DNA of 33,708 nt from the NCBI GenBank assembly GCA_051874735.1, contig JBJEGD010000016.1:1-33708 (forward strand). The letters are read 5' to 3'. Both the position numbers and the translations under genes were made by a program. The notes beneath the pieces were generated by a model, which ran no database searches, was not told the DNA's origin, and saw nothing but the letters and a program-made list of their open reading frames with translations. The stretch is from Candidatus Bruticola sp. Lineage in GTDB: Bacteria; Vulcanimicrobiota; Xenobia; Xenobiales; Xenobiaceae. Of the stretch, positions 1 through 7,244 are shown in pieces (the stretch's first letter is position 1; each line of letters opens with the position of its first letter).

Positions 1-2
1 AC

Positions 3-92
3 CCCGACGTTAAACGCCCGCGTCCAGAGTGTTTCTGGCCAGTGGACGCTTTAGAACTAGCGTTTAAACTAGTTGCTGCTAAGCACCGTTAA
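3..92 (+). CDS. Possible 3' end of an upstream gene (partial; ...PDVKRPRPECFWPVDALELAFKLVAAKHR*)
   Basis: Frame open from the window edge to tandem TAA TAA (90-95), convergent with the TetR gene; no family recognisable. Confidence 0.35.
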   Translation, partial: PDVKRPRPECFWPVDALELAFKLVAAKHR

Positions 93-124
93 TAATATAA
101 CTCGGTATTTAAATTCGGCACTAA

Positions 125-883
125 TTATTTGTCTTCGCTTACATTAGTTAAAACTCCATGCAGGAAGCATTCTAAATATACGTTGATATCTAAAATTGAA
201 GGTGGCAGACTTAACAGATTATTAATAAATTTCGCAATGAGAAAAGTACCAAAGTTGTGAGCTATCTGCTCCGGAGGAAAATCACAACGAATAAATCCTA
301 GTCTTTGTCCTTCAGCAAAAAGATCGGTCAAATAGCCATTAATTTTGCTGTAAACATAATCAGCTTCATCTATTCTAATTAGAGTCAGCTTATCGTCAGC
401 TAACGACTCGCGAAAAATAACTTTGAAGAAGGCGCACCACTCTTTATTACTGTTTAAGTTTATTATATTGAAGTAAAGTTTTTTTATTCTATCGACTAAA
501 TCGAAATGGCTACGCAATTTTTGCGTATCGGCTTCGGATAAAGAGCGTATTACTGGATGAAATCTTCTTATGACTTGTGTGAGCAGATCCTTTCTGTTGG
601 TAAAATAATGGTAAATAAGAGCTGGTGAGGAAAAACCAGCTTCTTCAGCTATATCTTGATTAGTGGCTCTATTGGGACCCAAACGCGCAAACACTCGCAA
701 AGCCGACTGCAGTATTTGTTCTTTACGAACAGAAGCTAACTGTGAGCGAGTCAGTTTGTCTTGACTATCTTCTTTCAGATCTGCCTTTTGAGTTGCTTTT
801 TTATCTCTTCTCCGCAGTTTAGGCGGTTCATCATCTAATTTTATATCTGCACAACGCGATAATTTTCCCATTGATTTAACCAA
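125..883 (-). CDS. TetR/AcrR family transcriptional regulator with a charged N-terminal extension
   Basis: RKEQILQSALRVFARLG...ATNQDIAEEAGFSSPALIYHYFTNRKDLL is a typical TetR HTH; start uncertain (TTG 883 or ATG 871). Confidence 0.9.
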   Translation of the reverse strand: MVKSMGKLSRCADIKLDDEPPKLRRRDKKATQKADLKEDSQDKLTRSQLASVRKEQILQSALRVFARLGPNRATNQDIAEEAGFSSPALIYHYFTNRKDLLTQVIRRFHPVIRSLSEADTQKLRSHFDLVDRIKKLYFNIINLNSNKEWCAFFKVIFRESLADDKLTLIRIDEADYVYSKINGYLTDLFAEGQRLGFIRCDFPPEQIAHNFGTFLIAKFINNLLSLPPSILDINVYLECFLHGVLTNVSEDK

Positions 884-948
884 AAATTACTGAAAATATT
901 AAAAAATAAGGCTCATTCTGATTACTAATTGTCTATTCAACCCACAGA

Positions 949-1497
949 TTAACTGTCAGTAGGAAGTTTAATTATCTGCCAAGGTATAAACTTGCCACTA
1001 CTATTAAGAGCATTTATAGCTGACTGTTCTAAAACAGCACAGCAGGGGACGTCCATACGCACAATCATTAAGCTTCTTATGTTGTTTTTCTGCAGTATCT
1101 CCGTAATTTTTTGGCTGTAATCCGTTCCGTCGAGCTCGGGACATCCTATAAGTACCGTGCGTCCGTGCACAAATTTTTGATGAAAATAAGCGCAGGAATA
1201 GGCGGTGCAGTCGGCGGCTAAAAGAAGTTTAGCGTCTTCAAAAAAGTCTGCTTGAACTGGTACCATTTTGAGCTGCAGAGGCCATTGCTTAACCTGTTTG
1301 CGGATCTTCTCGCATAATGTAGAAGAACATTCGTTAGGGCACGCTAATGGTGCACAACGATTGTCGGATAATTCGGAAACTTTCTGGTAATCATTTTTTA
1401 CAGTAGAAACGCTGCCATCACACATTTGGGAACACGGGATCTCCAAATTTATATGGCTAGCTGTGCTTTTAGCTGTCTCTGTAGGTTGATTATCCAT
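949..1497 (-). CDS. Cys-rich iron-sulfur cluster-binding protein (C-terminal domain of the ferredoxin-like QWPxQxKL family)
   Basis: QWPLQLKMVP, LLLAADCTAY, LIGCPELD, VRMDVPCC motifs; no CxxCxxCxxxC ferredoxin motif at the N-terminus. Confidence 0.7.
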   Translation of the reverse strand: MDNQPTETAKSTASHINLEIPCSQMCDGSVSTVKNDYQKVSELSDNRCAPLACPNECSSTLCEKIRKQVKQWPLQLKMVPVQADFFEDAKLLLAADCTAYSCAYFHQKFVHGRTVLIGCPELDGTDYSQKITEILQKNNIRSLMIVRMDVPCCAVLEQSAINALNSSGKFIPWQIIKLPTDS

Positions 1498-1587
1498 TTT
1501 AGTACCTCTAATAATATGTGTTACAGTTGAGTTTAGTCTGCTCTTCTTGGAAAATGGAAAAGTTGAGGAAAGATAAAACCGTCATTT

Positions 1588-3045
1588 TTATCTTCTTTTT
1601 TCCACATATTTACTAGCTAAAGTGCGCAGTGATTTATCTGCAGTCGCCTCACCTATAGCTTTAAATTCCCAGTCGTTGCCAGTTCTAATCAGTTCGCCAA
1701 AAATCATGGCTGTCATATTGGCGCACGATTTATTCAGATCGTAGCGGCACAACTCTCTTTGAGTATCTGCATCACAAATTCTGATGAAAGAATTTTTGAT
1801 CATACCAAAATGCTGCCTGCGTTTTTCAGCCATGTAAATATTGGCAACTATAACTAAACTTGTAAATTTTTTAGGCAAGTTAACGAGATCTATATAAATC
1901 TGTTCGCAGTCGCCTTCAGAAGCTCCAGTTAAGTCGTCTCCTTTATGAATTATACAGTTGCTATCGTGAACTAAATTTCCGTAGTACACTAAATCTTCCG
2001 GACGCTTCATATGGCCGTCTTGACAGACTATAATTGAAGAGTCGCAGTCAAAATCGAAGCTACTACTTATGAGTGAAGTCTTATCCGCCTGATCCCACCC
2101 TAAGCCGATCATCGCTCTCTTTAAAAAGCTGCCGTTAGTTTTTTCTAAGCTTATCTTTTGGCCTTTCTTTAAACTTATAGAGCGGCGCGGCTTGGTTGAA
2201 TGTTGATCTGTTGCCGATAAGCGTGTCGATTCATGACGATTGGGTTGGTTGGTAGGGGCCCCTTGAGAGGGCAGTTGTGCAGCTGAAGTCTGGTTAGGCG
2301 TAAAAGCCTGGTTAGGCGTAAAAGCTTGGTTAGGCGTAAAAGCCTGGTTAGGCGTAAAAGCTCGGTTAGGTGTAAAAGCCTGGGCTGTGGCAGCAGCGGC
2401 GAAGGAACGAGGTTCTGGAGCCGCTTGGGTAGTATGGGAAGTTCTTAGGAACGGCGCAGTACGGGCTCCATTAGTATAGTTATTATTTGAAGGTAAAGCG
2501 GGAGGGGCGTTTCTCAGTTCCTCTTCCTCTTCAAGCTCTTCTCCTCCGTAATTGCGCAGCAGAGCTCCCAGACCGCCGTTAAATCCTTGGGCAATTACGC
2601 CTATGCGCCAGGTTCCTCTGCGGTACAATTCTATAGAAATAATGGCCTTTTCCAGCTTGAAACTTTTTCCATCCAATAATAAAGAGAGCTTTTCTGTTCC
2701 GTTTTGTTTCAGGCAGGTTCGGTGTTTTTTGATTTCCTGCATGTTGCCTGGGCCGTCTATGCTAACTGTAAAAATAATTCTGTCGATTGAGAGGGGTAGA
2801 AGATTTAAATTGACGCTGAACGTAGCCAAATTATTCAGGCGCGTATACTGTATTTCATGTTTAGGCGAGGCGGTCTGATTATAAAAGATCATATAGCGAT
2901 CGTCAGACAATTTGCTGTTCTTATCGACGCCAAAACAACAGTAATCGTAGACGGCCTCGCCTTCTACTTCCATTTCTACGTTAAATATCTGTTGAATATT
3001 TAAGTACTTTTCTAACTTATCCCTAAAGCCCCGCTGCATATCCAT
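1588..3045 (-). CDS. Two-domain TerD family protein (divergent TerD, low-complexity linker, TerD/TerZ-like domain)
   Basis: N-term KLSDDRYMIFYNQ and ELYRRGTWRI..AQGFNGGL; C-term ISLKKGQKISL, IGLGWD, FDCDSS, GDDLTG, WEFKAIGE. Confidence 0.9.
   Translation of the reverse strand: MDMQRGFRDKLEKYLNIQQIFNVEMEVEGEAVYDYCCFGVDKNSKLSDDRYMIFYNQTASPKHEIQYTRLNNLATFSVNLNLLPLSIDRIIFTVSIDGPGNMQEIKKHRTCLKQNGTEKLSLLLDGKSFKLEKAIISIELYRRGTWRIGVIAQGFNGGLGALLRNYGGEELEEEEELRNAPPALPSNNNYTNGARTAPFLRTSHTTQAAPEPRSFAAAATAQAFTPNRAFTPNQAFTPNQAFTPNQAFTPNQTSAAQLPSQGAPTNQPNRHESTRLSATDQHSTKPRRSISLKKGQKISLEKTNGSFLKRAMIGLGWDQADKTSLISSSFDFDCDSSIIVCQDGHMKRPEDLVYYGNLVHDSNCIIHKGDDLTGASEGDCEQIYIDLVNLPKKFTSLVIVANIYMAEKRRQHFGMIKNSFIRICDADTQRELCRYDLNKSCANMTAMIFGELIRTGNDWEFKAIGEATADKSLRTLASKYVEKRR
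2290..2379. repeat. 18-bp tandem repeat x5 encoding AFTPNQ
   Basis: ctggttaggcgtaaaagc units at 2290, 2308, 2326, 2344 and 2362. Confidence 0.95.
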
Positions 3046-3092
3046 GTGAAATTTCCACCTTCATGCATAAATTAGTATAATTAATTATAAAA

Positions 3093-4397
3093 TTAACCTT
3101 TTATCATGTTCAACCTTTTTATTTCTTTAAGCCATAAGGGAAATTCCTTAAGTAAACGATCGTACAATTCGGCATCACTTATTTGATTCAGATCATCTAG
3201 AGCGAAGAAATTAGCGTTATCGACAAACCTGTTAGGCATAGTATCTAAGTGCTCTAAAACTCCGTATTTAGAGCCACCTATACCTACAAACTGCCAAAAA
3301 ATTGGCAATTTTGAAGCTTTAATAAGAATAGATTGTATCTCCTGAGTATAATTTATACATCCGTCGCTGACAAATATAACGTAAACAGGCTGGCGCGAAT
3401 TCTGGAAAGTTTTGACTATTTCAGTCATAATGCGCGGCTCGTTATTCATATAACAAAGTTTTTTCATCAAAGACGGCCAGTCTTCAGGTACAGTTTGCTT
3501 GTAATTTTGTAAAGTAACTGCAGGAACTTTTTGATATAAATCACCAAAAAACCAACAGTCAAACTGCTCGTCATCGTCAAATTGTACAGCTATCGGGACA
3601 ACGCGGTTAACCACTTCCTGAACGGTGCCGCTCTTGTAGCGATATTGCATAGAACCAGACATATCGAGTACCAGAGCTACTTTAGCTTGGCAATCTTCTA
3701 GCTTGCTCTTTTTTAACGATACTGTCAAAGTTTTGGCTAGTGATATCAGCTGAGGGGCACGTTGGGCGATCTTTTTTTCTAAAGAAATTTTCTTTCTTGG
3801 AGGTTCTTCTGTCGCTATCGGTATCGATTCAGTAGGGGTGCTGTTGACTGTAGTTGAGTTGGAGGAGGCAGCGGCAGGTTCTTCAATTTCTTCTCCACCG
3901 CAAGCGCGCAGTAGATCGCCTAAACCTCCAAAAAAGCCACTAGCTACTGCGGCAATTCTCCAAACTTCTTTTTTATAAATTTCAATAGATATGATGGCCT
4001 TTTCTTTGGTGAAGTTTTGACCGGTCAAATTCATGGTCAAAACAGAGCTTCCCCTTTGCCCTATCTCGACCTTATGGGAGCTTATTTCTCCCATATTTCC
4101 GTCTTGGTCGATACTGACCGCAAACATTATTTTATGGATAGAAGCGGGCAGCTGTGGTAAATTCACTTGGAAAGAAGCTTGATTAGGATTCAGCTTAAGG
4201 CGTATTTCCTTATTGGGGGAAGTAAGCTGATTATAGAAAATCATGTAGCGATCGTCGGAAAGCTTACCTTGAGCATCTAAACCGAAACAGCAAAAATCGT
4301 AGACTGCGTTTCCTGTTATATCCATAGTGATTTGGATATCATCATTGAGATCCAAATATTGATCTAACTTGCCTCTAAATCCTCGCTGCATATCCAT
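3093..4397 (-). CDS. TerD domain + vWA (vWA-TerF-like) protein
   Basis: N-term TerD-like domain; KISLEKK...SLKK linker; intact MIDAS LVLDMSGSM, FVSDG, LPIFWQFVGIG, RFVDNANFF. Confidence 0.9.
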   Translation of the reverse strand: MDMQRGFRGKLDQYLDLNDDIQITMDITGNAVYDFCCFGLDAQGKLSDDRYMIFYNQLTSPNKEIRLKLNPNQASFQVNLPQLPASIHKIMFAVSIDQDGNMGEISSHKVEIGQRGSSVLTMNLTGQNFTKEKAIISIEIYKKEVWRIAAVASGFFGGLGDLLRACGGEEIEEPAAASSNSTTVNSTPTESIPIATEEPPRKKISLEKKIAQRAPQLISLAKTLTVSLKKSKLEDCQAKVALVLDMSGSMQYRYKSGTVQEVVNRVVPIAVQFDDDEQFDCWFFGDLYQKVPAVTLQNYKQTVPEDWPSLMKKLCYMNNEPRIMTEIVKTFQNSRQPVYVIFVSDGCINYTQEIQSILIKASKLPIFWQFVGIGGSKYGVLEHLDTMPNRFVDNANFFALDDLNQISDAELYDRLLKEFPLWLKEIKRLNMIKG

Positions 4398-4467
4398 ATA
4401 GAATATGTCTTTCCTTTCCGCAATTTTATGTAAATAAAGTTTCGGTAGATTATTTTTATAAAATCAG

Positions 4468-5268
4468 CTATTTTTTTCTTCGGTGAATTGGTATGGGTAT
4501 AACTTTAGTGGGTAAGATTTTGGGAACTACTTTTCTTTGCTCTGTTTCTGCTCTCTGGAAAGGTTCTGACAGAGTGTGTCCGTTAATAGATAAAACTGGG
4601 CGACTATCACGTTTAAGCGATAACGCTGCAGAGCTGTTGCTAGCAGTAAGAGGATCTGTCGATTTTAAAGCGTCAGTTGGGGGAGAATCCTGCCAAGCTT
4701 GACAATTATTTAAACTGCAAGTGTATTTGGGCTGCTCTTCGATAATAACTGATGAATCTTGGGCCCTGTCTTTAACTATTTCTCCAATCGTTTTATTGTA
4801 GCCGCAACTAAGAGCCGCTAAACGCCATTCTGAATTTTTTTTGTATATTTCAAAGCAGACGATCAGCTTCTCATTTTTAAAATCTGAGCTGTGCAGGGGA
4901 AAAGTGAAAATATTTTTTCCGCCTTGTTTTACTTCAGCCATATGCAGCTCGATATCTTTCATGACGTGATCGTCTTCTACATTTACTAATATCAGCAGCT
5001 TTTGTACAGCTTTAGGTATAGCTCCCAGATTGAGAGTGAAAGCGGCTGCTCCATTTCCTAAGTCTTGATAACATATATCTTTATTGGCCGATCTGGTATG
5101 ACCGCTCCAAATTATATAATCGCTGCAGTAAAGCTCACCTTGGGAAGTAAAAGCCATGCAGCAACTGCTGTACTGTATCGGTCCAGATATGGCTACATCG
5201 ATAGTAAATTCTTGAGTTAAATCGAGATAATTTTTAAGTTTACCTCTGAACCCTCGCTGTATCTCCAT
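4468..5268 (-). CDS. Divergent TerD domain protein with a disordered C-terminal tail
   Basis: Paralogous start MEIQRGFRGKL; FEIYKKNSEWRLAALSCGY. Confidence 0.8.
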   Translation of the reverse strand: MEIQRGFRGKLKNYLDLTQEFTIDVAISGPIQYSSCCMAFTSQGELYCSDYIIWSGHTRSANKDICYQDLGNGAAAFTLNLGAIPKAVQKLLILVNVEDDHVMKDIELHMAEVKQGGKNIFTFPLHSSDFKNEKLIVCFEIYKKNSEWRLAALSCGYNKTIGEIVKDRAQDSSVIIEEQPKYTCSLNNCQAWQDSPPTDALKSTDPLTASNSSAALSLKRDSRPVLSINGHTLSEPFQRAETEQRKVVPKILPTKVIPIPIHRRKK

Positions 5269-5351
5269 TCTCTTTTTATACCCCGTAAAATCTATTAATT
5301 AATCACTGTCAGATCTGTAACGTGAATATGTATTGATTGTCAGATAAAAAC

Positions 5352-6908
5352 TTAAGCTCGTATATCTCGAATCCATTTAGAAAAGCCGCTTAAAAGGAAC
5401 TTGTAAAGCTCAGGTGACGATTGCTGAGAAAAACCGCTTATAGTTGCAAACTTAGCGTTATTATAAGCTAGGTTGCCTATATTTTCCAATCGGTTCAAAA
5501 TGCCGTAATTAGTACCGCCTATTCCTAAAAACTGCCAGAAAAGGGGCAGCTGCGAAGCATTAACTAACATTTGTTCAAGATGGTTGTCTATTGCAGGATT
5601 GCCGCTGGTGACAAACATAACTAAAACGGGCATAGCTACAGGCTGATGGCTAGTTATGATGTCTGCCATAGCCGTAATTTCGTTTTTATGCTCTCCCAGA
5701 GACCACATTAAACTGCCCCAATCGTTAGGAATGGCTGCAGCTAAATTATCTCGCTTGATGGTAAACATCTTTTTGGAGCGCCCTCCAAAGAGCCAATACT
5801 CTAGCTCTTTAGCAGGATTAAGCAACTCCGCTATAGGAAAAATTTTAGAAACTAAGGTTTGCATAGAGCCATTGGCAAAAAAGTTGGCTGTGTTTAATGA
5901 AGCCTCTAAAGCTAAAATAACTTTAGCCCTGCTTTGAGATAAGCCTAAATGGGGAATTACTTGTTTTAAATTCTGAGTAGCTTCGCTTAATATACGTTGG
6001 TAAGGCTGCGCCTGAGCCGTCGGTCGACTAGCTTGACTGTAAGGCTGCGCCTGGGCCGTCGGTCGATTAGCTTGGCTGTAAGGCTGCGCCTGGGCCGTCG
6101 GTCGATTAGCTTGGCTGTAGGGCTGCGCCTGGGCCGTCGTCCGACTAGCTTGACTGTAAGGCTGCGCCTGGGCCGTCGGTCGATTAGCTTGACTGTAAGG
6201 CTGCGCCTGGGCCGTCGGTCGATTAGCTTGACTGTAAGGCTGCGCCTGGGACGTCGGTCGATTAGCTTGGCTGTAAGGCTGCGCCTGGGCCGTCGTCCGA
6301 CTAGCTTGGCTGTAGGGCTGCGCCTGGGCCGTCGTCCGACTAGCTTGGCTGTAGGGCTGCGCCTGAGTTAAAGCTGGAGAGGGGTCGTCTTCTTCCTCTT
6401 CTTCTCCGCCGTAATTGCGCAGCAAGTCGCCTAATCCGCCGTTAAAACCGCTGGCCACTGCCGCTAAACGCCATTCGCCTTTTTTGTAAATTTCTGCTGC
6501 TACTAAGGACGCTTCTTGGGCAAAATCGGAACCGCTCATGTTAAGAGTGAGCAGCACATTCCTATTTTGAACTACAGTCAGCTGAAAAGAGCGAACCTGT
6601 CCCATATTACCTTGGCCGTCTATGCTGACGGTGAAGGCTAGTTTATTTATAGATGGAGGAAGCTTGCTTAAATTTACGGCAAATTTAGCGCTGCGTTCGT
6701 CTCCTTGGTAACTAATTTCACCTTTAGGGGAAGTAAGCTGATTGTAAAAGATCATATAGCGATCATCAGACAATTTATCTTGACTATCCACACCGAAACA
6801 GCTGTAATCGTAAACATCTTGGCCGACAATAGTCATGGTTAAATAAAAAGTGCTGTTTATATCAATGTGTTTGCTCAGCTTATCTCTAAAACCGCGCTTT
6901 ATTTCCAT
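5352..6908 (-). CDS. TerD domain + 13-aa repeat linker + degenerate vWA-TerF-like domain
   Basis: KLSDDRYMIFYNQ, EIYKKGEWRLAAVASGFNGGL; C-term AKVILALEAS, FVTSG, LPLFWQFLGIG. Confidence 0.88.
   Translation of the reverse strand: MEIKRGFRDKLSKHIDINSTFYLTMTIVGQDVYDYSCFGVDSQDKLSDDRYMIFYNQLTSPKGEISYQGDERSAKFAVNLSKLPPSINKLAFTVSIDGQGNMGQVRSFQLTVVQNRNVLLTLNMSGSDFAQEASLVAAEIYKKGEWRLAAVASGFNGGLGDLLRNYGGEEEEEDDPSPALTQAQPYSQASRTTAQAQPYSQASRTTAQAQPYSQANRPTSQAQPYSQANRPTAQAQPYSQANRPTAQAQPYSQASRTTAQAQPYSQANRPTAQAQPYSQANRPTAQAQPYSQASRPTAQAQPYQRILSEATQNLKQVIPHLGLSQSRAKVILALEASLNTANFFANGSMQTLVSKIFPIAELLNPAKELEYWLFGGRSKKMFTIKRDNLAAAIPNDWGSLMWSLGEHKNEITAMADIITSHQPVAMPVLVMFVTSGNPAIDNHLEQMLVNASQLPLFWQFLGIGGTNYGILNRLENIGNLAYNNAKFATISGFSQQSSPELYKFLLSGFSKWIRDIRA
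6000..6365. repeat. 39-bp tandem repeat (9 full units plus a partial) encoding QAQPYSQA(N/S)R(P/T)TA
   Basis: gta(a/g)ggctgcgcctg recurs every 39 nt from 6000 to 6351. Confidence 0.97.
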
Positions 6909-7244
6909 GTTGCTGCTCCGTTTTATAAAGTTTCCAGGCGCCCTTAATTGTTGTATTTAAAATTGGCAAATTCCCTACCATCTTGTTCATTCGATCAAGA
7001 AAGTTGAATTCCCTATAATGCTATTAGACAGTTGAAAACTGCTAGCTTGATTATAATGGCTTTGGCACAATTTACGCGTTTTTTTTTATTTTGCGCAAGT
7101 AGTTTAGAACTGCGCGTAGAATGCGAAGACGGATGCTTTTGTGTTCATATAGGAAGGCAGTTTAATTATTTTGCTATATATGTACTACATTTAGTATCGT
7201 TAGTATATTGTCGTGTAAGAAAACAGAAGGGGATATAATCTTTT

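Noticed and set aside
6000-6365. 39-bp repeats as a CRISPR array; Arg-rich + strand ORF 5997..6371
   Set aside because: No unique spacers or cas genes; the repeats are in frame within a TerD gene and the ORF is their antisense shadow
6909-7244. yybP-ykoY riboswitch or FNR box upstream of the ATPase; ORF 7032..7238
   Set aside because: No GGGGAGUA...GAGACC core; TTGTT-N6-ATCAA has the wrong spacing for FNR; the ORF has no RBS or family features
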